A stretch of DNA of 17,589 bases, taken from assembly GCA_043778225.1 (NCBI GenBank), contig JAYWGM010000077.1, positions 1-17,589 of the forward strand, written 5' to 3'. Below, piece by piece: positions 8,876 through 17,589 of the stretch. The notes under the pieces were generated by a model. That model searched no databases. It was given only the letters and a program-made list of their open reading frames with translations, and was not told the DNA's origin. The position numbers and the translations under genes are program-made. This stretch comes from Deinococcales bacterium (GTDB lineage: Bacteria; Deinococcota; Deinococci; Deinococcales; JAAFIG01). The stretch's first letter is position 1, and each line of letters starts with the position of its first letter.

Positions 8876-9637
8876 ATGATTGAAGTTGTTAATTTTGAAA
8901 AACGATTTGGACGGGTCGCGGCGGTGCAGAATGTCAGCTTTTCGGTTTCGCCAGGGCAGGTGTTTGGTTTGCTGGGTCCCAATGGCGCAGGCAAAACCAC
9001 AACCATTCGGGCGATGGTCGGGCTGACCCGTCCCTCGAGTGGCACAGTGCGGGTGGCAGGTTTTGATGTTTGGAAAGAACCCGTCAAAGCCAAAGCGGCT
9101 TTTGGCTATATCCCAGACCGTCCGTATTTGTACGGCAAACTAACGGCTCGGGAGTTACTGCGTTTTATTGCTGGCTTGCATAAACTTAACAATGCCGAAC
9201 CCGAGATAGACCGATGGCTCGAGTTTTTTTCTTTAGAAAATTTTGCCAACGAGTTAATCGAGACTTTTTCGCATGGCATGAAACAAAAATTGACGATTAT
9301 CTGCGCCATGCTGCCTGAGCCGCCAGTCCTCATTGTGGATGAACCAATGGTCGGTTTAGACCCCAAAGCCGCCAAACAAGCTCGAGAAATCCTGTCTGGT
9401 TATGCCGAAAAAGGCAACACGGTTTTACTCACGACCCACAGTTTGCCAGTTGCCGAAGCCGTGGCGCACCGCATCGCCGTCCTAGACCGAGGCGTGGTCT
9501 TAGCCGAAGGCACACTACAAGAATTGCAAAACCGCACCAACGAAGAACGCAGTGGGGTCGAGGGTAATACTTTAGAGCGAATTTTCTTTAAGCTGGTCGA
9601 AGAAGAAGCCCTAGAACGCGAAAAGGTCGCCGCATGA
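8876..9637 (+). CDS. ABC transporter ATP-binding protein (exporter type)
   Basis: Walker A GPNGAGKTT, signature FSHGMKQK, Walker B LIVDEP and H-loop TTH; -10 TAGACT at 8864-8869. Confidence 0.95.
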   Translation: MIEVVNFEKRFGRVAAVQNVSFSVSPGQVFGLLGPNGAGKTTTIRAMVGLTRPSSGTVRVAGFDVWKEPVKAKAAFGYIPDRPYLYGKLTARELLRFIAGLHKLNNAEPEIDRWLEFFSLENFANELIETFSHGMKQKLTIICAMLPEPPVLIVDEPMVGLDPKAAKQAREILSGYAEKGNTVLLTTHSLPVAEAVAHRIAVLDRGVVLAEGTLQELQNRTNEERSGVEGNTLERIFFKLVEEEALEREKVAA

Positions 9638-11394
9638 GCTTGGTCTCGAGCCAGCCACAAAAGCAGACTCGGTACTCGAGTTCTTTACTGGGCATCAAGT
9701 GGCTGAGTCTTAAAAATGCAGTGCTGCGAGGCAATCGCTGGAGTTACTTGGCGGTTTTGATGTTTGTTGGCTTGGTGGCTTGGGGCGAATACGCTGGCAC
9801 AATTCGGGCGCTCGAGTACGTCTGTGATGCTGGGCGTGGATTTTTGGACTTCAATCGCAAATGCAGCATCATTGGGACTTCGATTGCTTCGCGGGTTCTC
9901 GAGGGTGGCTTGTTGGTACTGGGGGCTGGAGTCACTTTTAGCGCCATCACCACCGCCATCACGACTTTATACACCTCCGACGACCTCAATTTTTTGCTTT
10001 CGCAGCCTTTGCCAAGCGCTCGAGTTTTTGCGGTGAAACTTTTTGATACTTACCTTTCGGCGGCTGGCGTACCAAGTTTATTGCTGGTTGCACCACTGGT
10101 GGCATTGGGTGTTTATTTTCAAGCGGCTTGGTGGTACTTTCCATTGGCAATTTTAGCGGCATTGATTACTTTTATTTTGCCAGTTGGCTTAGGCGCAACC
10201 ATTGCCATCGGTCTCATGCGCCTCAGTCCGGCAGGCAGGGTGCGCGAGGTGGCGACAGGTATTGGCGTGGCACTCTCGGCGCTGTTGGTTTACCTGATTC
10301 GTGATGCCCGCCCCGAAGCGCTGCTGCGCCAACTTAACGACCGCGCTGAGGGTGATGCTGCAATCAACCGCTTGGTCGAGCAATTTGGTGGGGCGAGCAA
10401 TCCATTTTTACCCTCGAGTTGGGCAAGTAACTTTATTTGGAACAGCGCCAGAGGTGATTTTAACAATGGCATTCTTTTTTTAACCGCACTGGCAATTGTG
10501 ATGATGCTGGTAGCGCATGGCTTAGCCACCAAAGCCTATTTGGAAGGTTGGGTGCGTGGACTCGAGAGTTCACGGGTGCGTTTAGACCCAACCAAGCGCC
10601 GCGCCAGCCCGTTTGAAAAGCTGCTAGGGCGTTTTGGTCCAGCCGGGCATTTAATCGTTAAGGATGTACGCTTGTTGTTTCGGGATGCCACTCAATGGTC
10701 GCAATTGCTAATTCTGGTGGCACTGGGCGGAGTTTATGTGGTCTCAGTACGGGCTGTACCGGGCTTGGATGCTGGCAACCTCGAGCAAGCGCGGCTTTAT
10801 AAAAATGCACTTGGTTTTTTAACGATTGCTTTTCAGGGTTTTGTGATTGCTGGAGTCGGTGTCCGTATGGCATTTCCAAGCATTTCACTCGAGGGTCAAG
10901 GCTATTGGTTATTGCGAACCTCTCCCCTTTCGGCTCGCCAGATTGTGGTCGCTAAATTCTGGGGAGCGCTACCCGCAACGCTGCTTTTGGCGTTGTGTCT
11001 GGGTTGGTTTGCAGCGCGGAGTTTAGAACTGACTCCGATTGTCACCGCCATGAGTGTTTTGGTGGCGGTCTCGAGTGCCTTTGTGATGACGGGCTTAGGC
11101 GTTGGTATCGGAGCGGCTGTGCCACGTTTTAAGTTTGATAACCCCGCCGAGGTGGCGGTCAGCGCTGGCGGTTTAATTTATATGGGAACTGCCGTTTTGT
11201 TTGGTGGGGTGCTGACCCTGATTGCGGCTCGACCGACCTATGTCAGTTTATCGGATGTGAGGTACGGCACAGGACTCGAGTATTTCTCCAGCAGCGAAGG
11301 TATTTTGGTGCTTGGCTTAATGCTGCTCTTGAGTGTTTTGGGAACAATCCTGCCAATGTGGTTTGGCTGGACACGATTAGACAGGCATGAGTAG
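9634..11394 (+). CDS. Putative ABC exporter permease, multi-pass membrane protein
   Basis: ATGA overlap with the ATPase; many hydrophobic segments; duplicated motifs DLNFLLSQPL....VFAVK and SLEG..YWLLRTSPL....IVVAK. Confidence 0.85.
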   Translation: MSLVSSQPQKQTRYSSSLLGIKWLSLKNAVLRGNRWSYLAVLMFVGLVAWGEYAGTIRALEYVCDAGRGFLDFNRKCSIIGTSIASRVLEGGLLVLGAGVTFSAITTAITTLYTSDDLNFLLSQPLPSARVFAVKLFDTYLSAAGVPSLLLVAPLVALGVYFQAAWWYFPLAILAALITFILPVGLGATIAIGLMRLSPAGRVREVATGIGVALSALLVYLIRDARPEALLRQLNDRAEGDAAINRLVEQFGGASNPFLPSSWASNFIWNSARGDFNNGILFLTALAIVMMLVAHGLATKAYLEGWVRGLESSRVRLDPTKRRASPFEKLLGRFGPAGHLIVKDVRLLFRDATQWSQLLILVALGGVYVVSVRAVPGLDAGNLEQARLYKNALGFLTIAFQGFVIAGVGVRMAFPSISLEGQGYWLLRTSPLSARQIVVAKFWGALPATLLLALCLGWFAARSLELTPIVTAMSVLVAVSSAFVMTGLGVGIGAAVPRFKFDNPAEVAVSAGGLIYMGTAVLFGGVLTLIAARPTYVSLSDVRYGTGLEYFSSSEGILVLGLMLLLSVLGTILPMWFGWTRLDRHE

Positions 11395-11409
11395 TCTCCA
11401 GCTTAACTA

Positions 11410-11748
11410 CTAAAGCCGAATACGCCACAGCCACCAGAGCAGCCCAAATTGCAATGGCAAGCGGGCATATAAAATCCAAGCTGGCACACCAAATTTGGCT
11501 GGCTCGAGTGCCATATAGATATTGGCTGGATAAACCGCCACCAACAGCGCCATCAAGCCGTAAACTGCCCAATTTCGAGTCTGGGCAAACAATAAACCAA
11601 GTCCGCCTAAAATTTCAAAAAAACCAGAAATATAGGTCAATTCAAGCGCCCAAGATGCAATTTGTGGTGGCACAATCTTGACAAAAAAGTTGGGGCTAAC
11701 AAAGTGCATAACGCCAGCGAAAATAAACAGCCCCGCCAGAACAATCAC
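11410..11748 (-). CDS. DoxX-like small membrane protein
   Basis: AGVMHF..P.FF..IVP, SGFFEILGGLGLL, AVYPANIYMA and RLPLQ; GTG start overlaps the trpA stop (GTGA). Confidence 0.8.
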   Translation of the reverse strand: MIVLAGLFIFAGVMHFVSPNFFVKIVPPQIASWALELTYISGFFEILGGLGLLFAQTRNWAVYGLMALLVAVYPANIYMALEPAKFGVPAWILYARLPLQFGLLWWLWRIRL

Positions 11749-12518
11749 TTGGCACAACCCGATAGAATCTCTTGGCACAGTTCACGCAAACCTGTCCCGC
11801 GCTCGGCTGCCACCACCAGCGCACTGCCAACCACGACACCATCGGCAACTCGAGCCACCGCTTGGGCAGTCTCGAAATTTGAAACCCCAAAACCAACCGC
11901 CACAGGTTTATCGGTGCTGGCTTTAATGTTGGCGACCATCTGCGGCACTTCTTCGGGGATGCCGACTCGAGCGCCCGTTACGCCAGTCACCGACACGGCA
12001 TAGACAAAACCGGTACTCGAGGCTGTGACCAAATCAATTCGGTCTTGGGTACTGGTTGGCGCAAGTAAAAAAGTCAGTTTTAGACCAGCCGCCGCCGCAA
12101 TTGGAATCAGCGTCTCGGCTTCGTCGGGTGGCAAGTCTGGCAAAATTAAACCGTCTATGCCAGCCGCGACCGCTCCAGCCACAAACTCGGCTTCGCCAGT
12201 CGCTAAAATCGGGTTGTAATAGGTCATGATAAACAACGCTTTGTCCGATTGTTGGCGCAGTTCTCGAGCCGCCGCAAATGTACCAAGCACCGTCATGCCA
12301 TTCTCGAGGGCGCGTTCACCAGCCTTTTGAATCGTCGGACCATCGCCTAACGGGTCAGAATAAGGCAGACCAATTTCCAAAGCATCGGCGTACTCGAGAA
12401 TGGTTGTGGCTGCCTCGGTAAACCCTTGGAGGGTCGGAAACCCCGCCGGTAAATAGGCAATAAAGGCAGCTCGAGATTCGGATTTGGCAGTTGAAAAAGC
12501 AGTTTCGATTCGGTTCAT
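11745..12518 (-). CDS. trpA: Tryptophan synthase alpha chain
   Basis: EIGLPYSDPLGDGPTIQ, MTYYNPI, PDLP, LLAPTS, SVTGVTG, VGFGV and DGVVVGSA; RBS GAGGG at 12526-12530. Confidence 0.97.
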   Translation of the reverse strand: MNRIETAFSTAKSESRAAFIAYLPAGFPTLQGFTEAATTILEYADALEIGLPYSDPLGDGPTIQKAGERALENGMTVLGTFAAARELRQQSDKALFIMTYYNPILATGEAEFVAGAVAAGIDGLILPDLPPDEAETLIPIAAAAGLKLTFLLAPTSTQDRIDLVTASSTGFVYAVSVTGVTGARVGIPEEVPQMVANIKASTDKPVAVGFGVSNFETAQAVARVADGVVVGSALVVAAERGTGLRELCQEILSGCAK

Positions 12519-12530
12519 ATGTTTTCCCTC

Positions 12531-12651
12531 GTAAGGACAGACCCCTGTGTCTGTCCTGACTTGCTTTTGCAATTTGCTTTTTGCATAGTTAAGCGAGGCG
12601 TACTTCTTGACCACAAACGCGCACCTGACGGGCTGGGTCGCCTCGCCCTAC
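12531..12651. repeat. REP-like doublet between trpB and trpA: an empty REP (12531-12558) and a REP with the 38-bp insert (12593-12651; insert 12604-12641)
   Basis: GTAAGGACAGAC-CCCTGT-GTCTGTCCTG; GCGAGGCGTAC[38 bp]CTCGCCCTAC. Confidence 0.8.
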
Positions 12652-12679
12652 GGTTTTTTGGTGCATTCGCCCCCACGGT

Positions 12680-13900
12680 CTAGGCTTTCGCGGCATTTTC
12701 CATGTCATTCATGACGCGCATGACTTCTTGGACATCTTTGTCGCCGCGCCCAGAAAGATTGACCACAATGATTTTGTCTTTGCCCAGTTCTGGCGCTAAG
12801 GTTTTTAGGTGAGCGATAGCGTGGGCGGTCTCGAGGGCTGGAATAATTCCTTCGCATTCACTTAATAACTTAAACCCCTCGAGCGCTTCTCGGTCGGTAA
12901 TCGGTACATATTCAGCTACGCCATTGGCGGCATAGTAGCTGTGTTCCGGTCCAATTCCGGGATAATCGAGTCCTGCGCTAATGCTATGGGCTGGCACAAT
13001 CTGACCGTTTTGGTCGTACAGCAAATACATCAAAGAACCATGCAGCACCCCAACTTTGCCACCAGCCACACTGGCAGCATGAAGCCCCGATTCGATGCCA
13101 TATCCAGCCGCCTCCACCCCGATTAACCTTGGGCGGTTCTCGAGGTAAGCATAGGGCGCAAAAATACCAATCGCGTTGCTGCCACCACCAACACACGCCA
13201 CAATCGCATCTGGGGAAATCCGTCCCTCGAGTTCAAGCAATTGGGTTTTGGTCTCTTCGCCAATCACGCTTTGGAAATCGCGCACCATCGCGGGGTATGG
13301 GTGCGGACCAACCACGCTACCAAGCACATAAAAGGTACTGCGGACATTGGTCACCCAGTCTCGAATCGCTTCGTTGGTGGCATCTTTTAAGGTTCGTGTG
13401 CCACTCGAGACGGGGCGAACTTCTGCGCCAAGTAATTTCATCCGAAAAACATTGAGACTCTGGCGGCGCACGTCTTCTTCGCCTTGGTAGACAATGCACT
13501 CGAGACCAAACAAAGCGCACGCCGTAGCGGTGGCAACGCCGTGCTGTCCAGCCCCAGTCTCGGCAATAATTCGTTTTTTGCCCATCCGTTTTGCCAGCAT
13601 CACCTGCCCGATGGTGTTGTTGATTTTATGCGCTCCAGTGTGATTTAAGTCCTCGCGCTTGAGGTAAATTTTTGCTCCACCAAGGCGTTCGGTCAAGTTT
13701 TTAGCAAAATACAATAAACTCGGGCGACCGACAAATTCACGCAGAATTCGTTCAAATTCAGCCATAAAAACAGGGTCGGCTTTGGCTTCTTGGTACGCCG
13801 TATTTAATCCCTCGAGGGCTGGAATGAGCGTTTCTGGCACATAGCGCCCACCAAAACGACCAAAACGACCGCGAGCATCGGGCAATGGAAAATTTTGCAT
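12680..13900 (-). CDS. trpB: Tryptophan synthase beta chain
   Basis: [26 protein letters not shown] (PLP lysine), [23 protein letters not shown] and NLSGRGDKD; leaderless -10 TATACT at 13907-13912. Confidence 0.97.
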   Translation of the reverse strand: MQNFPLPDARGRFGRFGGRYVPETLIPALEGLNTAYQEAKADPVFMAEFERILREFVGRPSLLYFAKNLTERLGGAKIYLKREDLNHTGAHKINNTIGQVMLAKRMGKKRIIAETGAGQHGVATATACALFGLECIVYQGEEDVRRQSLNVFRMKLLGAEVRPVSSGTRTLKDATNEAIRDWVTNVRSTFYVLGSVVGPHPYPAMVRDFQSVIGEETKTQLLELEGRISPDAIVACVGGGSNAIGIFAPYAYLENRPRLIGVEAAGYGIESGLHAASVAGGKVGVLHGSLMYLLYDQNGQIVPAHSISAGLDYPGIGPEHSYYAANGVAEYVPITDREALEGFKLLSECEGIIPALETAHAIAHLKTLAPELGKDKIIVVNLSGRGDKDVQEVMRVMNDMENAAKA

Positions 13901-13962
13901 GGGAGTAGTATAGGGGCTGTGTTTGGGATTTCTCGAGTCAGTGGCATAGACAGGATGTAAAT

Positions 13963-13990
13963 GTAGGGATTTGCCATGGCAAATCCCTAC
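13963..13990. repeat. Perfect 28-bp palindrome with GTAG/CTAC ends (REP-like)
   Basis: GTAGGGATTTGCCA-TGGCAAATCCCTAC between the divergent trpB and hbd genes. Confidence 0.8.
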
Positions 13991-14008
13991 GTGATGTAAA
14001 CTGTGATT

Positions 14009-14848
14009 ATGAAATTTGGTGTGATTGGCGCGGGTCAAATGGGTGCAGGAATTGCACAAGTGGCGGCAGTGGCTGGCTTTGATGTGCTGCTGCGCGATGT
14101 CGAACAGCGTTTCTTGGATAAGGGCTTGACTGGAATTCAAAAGTCGCTGGCTAAATTTGTTGAAAAAGGCAAACTCGAGCCAGTGGCAATGGATGAAGCC
14201 TTAGCACGAATTAAAACCACAACTTCGCTGGCAGATTTTGTCGAAAGGGATTTGGTAGTCGAGGCAATTCTCGAGAATGAAGTGATTAAGCTCGAGCTAT
14301 TTACCGAACTTGGGCGAATTGTCAAACCTTCTGGAGTGCTGGCAAGCAACACCTCGAGTATTCCGATTACGCTCTTAGCAACCGCTTCTGGTCGCCCTGA
14401 GCAGTTTATCGGGATGCACTTTATGAATCCTGTGCCGCTCATGACCCTTGTTGAAGTGATTCGTGGGCATTTGACCTCGGATGCCACCACCACAATGATT
14501 CTCGAGACTGCCAGCCAAATGGGTAAAACAGCCGTTCAATGCAACGATTACCCCGGTTTTATCAGCAACCGAATTCTGATGCCGATGCTGAACGAAGCCA
14601 TTCAATGCGTGATGGAAGGCGTAGCCACCCCAGAAGCCATAGACCAAATCATGAAACTTGGCATGAACCACCCAATGGGTCCGATTACTTTAGCCGATTT
14701 TATTGGCTTAGATACCTGCCTTGCGATTATGGAAGTCCTGCATAAGGGTTTAGGAGATGATAAATACCGTCCCTCGCCGCTTTTGCGAAAAATGGTTCAA
14801 GCTGGCTTACTCGGGCGTAAATCCGGACGCGGGTTTTACAAATACTAA
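14009..14848 (+). CDS. hbd: 3-hydroxybutyryl-CoA dehydrogenase
   Basis: [40 protein letters not shown] and HPMGP; leaderless -10 TAAACT at 13997-14002. Confidence 0.93.
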   Translation: MKFGVIGAGQMGAGIAQVAAVAGFDVLLRDVEQRFLDKGLTGIQKSLAKFVEKGKLEPVAMDEALARIKTTTSLADFVERDLVVEAILENEVIKLELFTELGRIVKPSGVLASNTSSIPITLLATASGRPEQFIGMHFMNPVPLMTLVEVIRGHLTSDATTTMILETASQMGKTAVQCNDYPGFISNRILMPMLNEAIQCVMEGVATPEAIDQIMKLGMNHPMGPITLADFIGLDTCLAIMEVLHKGLGDDKYRPSPLLRKMVQAGLLGRKSGRGFYKY

Positions 14849-14925
14849 GGTGAAAAGGTCAAAGGGTGAAAAGGTTAAAAGTAAAGACCGCGTTCAACCT
14901 TTTCTACTTTTTACCTTTTTACCCT
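14847..14925. repeat. Second octamer-based inverted element, between convergent genes (possible bidirectional terminator)
   Basis: AAGG TGAAAAGG TCAAAGGG TGAAAAGG TTAAAAGT ... TTTTTACC TTTTTACC; resembles the reverse complement of 8749-8826. Confidence 0.65.
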
Positions 14926-15767
14926 GCTTTCCTCTCCCACACACCGCGTTTGACGGCTTGTTCCTCGAGTTGACGCATGACTTCGCCACCGTCGCGCCAA
15001 TGCAGCGAATGCAGGTCAGCCACACTGCGCTTGAGGATTTTACCAGCCGCTTCTAAGAGCCGTTGCTCGAGCGCTTCGCCGCGCATATTAAAGAGTTTTG
15101 TGCCGATACTGAGCAGGCGTTCGACTTTGGCTTGGCTAAAGAGGTCTTCGTCTGGAACTGCTCCGTGGTCGTATTCCTCGAGTCCGTCGTCTATGTCGGG
15201 TAGGGCAGTGGCTCGAGTTGGCACAGGTTCGTCTTCGGGTTCGGGGCGTGGTTTTCGGGCATTGGTTGGCGCGGTCAGTTGCGAAGCTGGGCGCATCGGG
15301 ATACTCGAGAGTTTTGGGCGCACGACTTCTTCGGGTTCGGGTTCTCGAGCAGTAGCATCATGGATAACTTGTACTGGTCGTGATGTTTCGATGCGCGGTT
15401 GTGGTTTATCGACCACCCGAGCCTCGAGTAAACCTGTGGATTCATCAAATTCTGGGGCAAATTGTGTGCCAAAACCAAGCATCCCAAGGGCGCGTCCAAT
15501 GCTGCCTGTTTCGGCTTTCTCGAGGTAATCTGGGAAATGGGTTTTGTCCTCGCGTTTGGTGGCGCTGGCGGTTTTAATCGCGCTGCCAGTATCGTCAAAA
15601 ACCGTGACTGTGGCTTGGACAATCGCGTAAGTGTCCTCGAGTTTCAGGATTTGGCTTTGAATCGTATAACGCGGCGCTTCTTCATTAAGCCAGATTAAAC
15701 GAGCAGCCACAGGCAAATAATCTTTGCCTTTAAGGTTCATCAGGTGTTGGCGTGGGTCAAAAGACAT
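14919..15767 (-). CDS. Putative Rad52/Sak-like single-strand annealing protein with a Pro/Glu-rich linker and a C-terminal helical domain
   Basis: GKDYLPVAARL.W and EKAETGSIGRALGMLGFG resemble phage Rad52-superfamily cores; not similar to Deinococcus DdrA as I recall it; -10 TATAAT at 15773-15778. Confidence 0.55.
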   Translation of the reverse strand: MSFDPRQHLMNLKGKDYLPVAARLIWLNEEAPRYTIQSQILKLEDTYAIVQATVTVFDDTGSAIKTASATKREDKTHFPDYLEKAETGSIGRALGMLGFGTQFAPEFDESTGLLEARVVDKPQPRIETSRPVQVIHDATAREPEPEEVVRPKLSSIPMRPASQLTAPTNARKPRPEPEDEPVPTRATALPDIDDGLEEYDHGAVPDEDLFSQAKVERLLSIGTKLFNMRGEALEQRLLEAAGKILKRSVADLHSLHWRDGGEVMRQLEEQAVKRGVWERKAG

Positions 15768-15778
15768 AACTTATTATA

Positions 15779-15795
15779 TTCTGTTTGAAGCAGAA
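15779..15795. promoter_or_regulatory. RDRM (DdrO-box)-like 17-bp palindrome
   Basis: TTCTGTTTGAAGCAGAA directly abuts the -10 TATAAT of the 14919-15767 gene and fills the 17-bp spacer. Confidence 0.65.
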
Positions 15796-15798
15796 TTT

Positions 15799-17118
15799 CT
15801 ACTGCTTGCCCTCGAGTGTGGCTGTGGCAGCATCTATCGGCATCACCAGCCCTTCGATATATTCAACAATACCCAAAGCAATACCATAAGAAATGCGGTC
15901 GAGGTAATTCGAGTTTTTCAGTTGTAGCGCTTCGATTGGATGGGTCACAAAACCCATTTCCACCAAAATGGCTGGCGCTTCGGCATTTCTAATCACATAA
16001 TAATCCGCCACTTGTACGCCTCGGTTTGAGGCAGCAGTCGCCCCAAGCATCTGCGATAAAACACTGGCTGCAAGATTTTTAGAAGCATCGGTTTGGTTGA
16101 GTTGCTGCAAGACTGGGGTTGGCTTTTGGGCGGCGGCTAAGGTTGGCTGTGGCTCGAGTGATTGCCAAATGCCAAAACCATTGGCATTAGGTGTGACTGG
16201 CGTTTCGGGGGTGCTGGGAACAAGAGCGACATTGGTCGGCATCTCGGTCGGGATTTCAGGCAGAACAGTCGTATCGGCAAGCTGAGGGTCAAGAGTGCTT
16301 ATGGCTTGGGGTTCAGCCCCTTGGGCTTGAGGTTCAGGGGCTGGCGCAACCAACCACGGTTTTCGGGAGACCGAATCAAAATAATAGACTTCCGTACCAA
16401 AAGTCGAGTTCCATAAACTGCGCGGGCGGGCATTGGCATGAATCGAAACAAAAGCGGTCTTGCCACGACTTGCTTCGGTTCGGGCATTCAAGTCCGAACG
16501 CTTGTTGCTCGAGAAAACCCGATTGTCGGTACGGGTCATTTCAATTCGCACACCACTATTTTCGAGCCATTTTTTGACCCGAAAAGCCACATTGAGGTTT
16601 AGATTAGACTCGAGTAAACCATTGCCAAGCGCTCCGGGGTCTGTGCCACCATGTCCGGGGTCCAGCACCACAGTTGGGGTTTGCCCTTTGGCTTTTGATA
16701 ATTTTAAGGCTGCCACGGCTGGCAATGCCGAAATATCCGAATAAGCACCACTAAAATCTACAACCAAACGAAAACCAGCTTTACCCGCACTTGGCTCGAG
16801 ACGCTGCGCCCGAAAACCGCGCCGACTCGAAACGCCTTGGGGAGTGGCAATCATGGCAATCGCGCTGCCTGCCGCATTAGCGAGGGTATACCCAGCCACT
16901 TCGGGTTTGGTTAAACGCAGACTGACTGGACGAACACTATTGCTCGAGAACGTGACTTTAAGGGCTGCGCCAAGTGCCTCGAGTCGGTATGGCGCATCTG
17001 TTGGGACATCAAAGACCAAACGGGTATAACCCGCATAACTCGCCACTCGGGGTTGCTCGAGGGCGAAGGAAGTGTTGAACGCCGCGCCAAACAAAAATAA
17101 GCAAATAAAGCGTCTCAT
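15799..17118 (-). CDS. N-acetylmuramoyl-L-alanine amidase (Amidase_3) with an N-terminal AMIN-like domain
   Basis: Signal peptide MRRFICLFLFGAAF; YTRLVFD and RLVVDF; VLDPGHGG, ESNLNL, FVSIHANA and AILVEMGF. Confidence 0.9.
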   Translation of the reverse strand: MRRFICLFLFGAAFNTSFALEQPRVASYAGYTRLVFDVPTDAPYRLEALGAALKVTFSSNSVRPVSLRLTKPEVAGYTLANAAGSAIAMIATPQGVSSRRGFRAQRLEPSAGKAGFRLVVDFSGAYSDISALPAVAALKLSKAKGQTPTVVLDPGHGGTDPGALGNGLLESNLNLNVAFRVKKWLENSGVRIEMTRTDNRVFSSNKRSDLNARTEASRGKTAFVSIHANARPRSLWNSTFGTEVYYFDSVSRKPWLVAPAPEPQAQGAEPQAISTLDPQLADTTVLPEIPTEMPTNVALVPSTPETPVTPNANGFGIWQSLEPQPTLAAAQKPTPVLQQLNQTDASKNLAASVLSQMLGATAASNRGVQVADYYVIRNAEAPAILVEMGFVTHPIEALQLKNSNYLDRISYGIALGIVEYIEGLVMPIDAATATLEGKQ

Positions 17119-17233
17119 GCCACACAATAGCTTGTTTTTTGGAAATTGGATGAGACAAACTCCACGTATTGGGTCAGATAAATTCTTAATCTGGCACTTT
17201 TTTGAATACCCATAACAATGCACCTGTTTGACC

Positions 17234-17456
17234 TAGAGCCTCCGAAAGGTCATGATTTTAGGTTTTTTCATTAAAACATACAAACGGAAAACAGGGCGAC
17301 CCCCGTCGCTAGATGCTCCGTCGCCCCTACAAAACATATTTTTATGCCCTTTTTGTAGAGATAGACCCCTCTTGACCATAAACACGCACCTGTCGGGCAT
17401 GGTCGCCTGTGTCTATCCTGTGACAACGATGTATTTTCATTCTTTCGGAGGCTCTA
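17234..17456. mobile_element. MITE-like non-coding element with perfect 15-bp terminal inverted repeats
   Basis: TAGAGCCTCCGAAAG (17234-17248) and CTTTCGGAGGCTCTA (17442-17456); TA at both ends; no transposase inside. Confidence 0.6.
17293..17420. repeat. Inverted REP-like doublet; the second REP carries the 38-bp insert (17369-17406)
   Basis: AGGGCGAC...GTCGCCCCTAC (17293-17330); CTACAAAA...TTTTGTAG spacer; GTAGAGATAGACCC[38 bp]CTGTGTCTATCCTG (17355-17420). Confidence 0.8.
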
Positions 17457-17589
17457 TTTTTGACCTAGAGCCTATGGTCAATTATGCACCACTGATACCG
17501 AATTAACTTAATCACTCTCGTTTGACCCAAAAACGGTCAAACTGTCGCTCAAGCGTTAATTCGGTCTTTTATCACTCCTTTTAGTCGGT

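Noticed and set aside
14977..15528. 183-aa plus-strand ORF and the other antisense or overlapping ORFs in the track
   Set aside because: Shadows of well-supported genes, with no motifs or start signals
14919..15767. Calling this gene ddrA, or part of a prophage
   Set aside because: It lacks the DdrA sequence features I recall, and the neighbours are housekeeping genes
17369..17406. GTGCG on the minus strand of the cassette as a group II intron 5' end, or the cassette as a ribozyme
   Set aside because: Only a 5-nt match; no domain V, no reverse transcriptase ORF and no recognisable ribozyme core
17252..17506. 84-aa ORF at the right end
   Set aside because: It runs through REP and MITE sequence, has no RBS and shows no protein features

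Overview
Chromosomal window, very probably from a Deinococcota (Deinococcus-Thermus) bacterium. This rests on the gene set, nine genes with a -10 hexamer directly before the ATG (leaderless) and a DdrO/RDRM-like box. Gene order: gap, pgk, a polyamine-binding protein, cobB(-), a DUF3800 gene, wecB, TetR(-), NAD(P)H oxidoreductase, a small chimeric ORF(-), a TPR protein, an ABC ATPase and permease, DoxX-like(-), trpA(-), trpB(-), hbd, a Rad52/Sak-like protein(-) and an amidase(-). Four signals stand out. (1) A consensus promoter drives a ~60-nt three-way-junction RNA with a U-tract, directly ahead of an AT-rich, apparently acquired DUF3800 gene: a candidate RNA-protein system. (2) A conserved 38-bp cassette is inserted three times into the loops of different GTAG-type REP hairpins, and an empty REP is present for comparison. 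(3) CTCGAG is strongly iterated (about 102 copies by hand count, about 4 expected) and is absent from the DUF3800 segment. (4) A phage-type annealing-protein gene has an RDRM-like palindrome filling its promoter spacer. Family assignments come from recognising motifs by eye; no searches were run.
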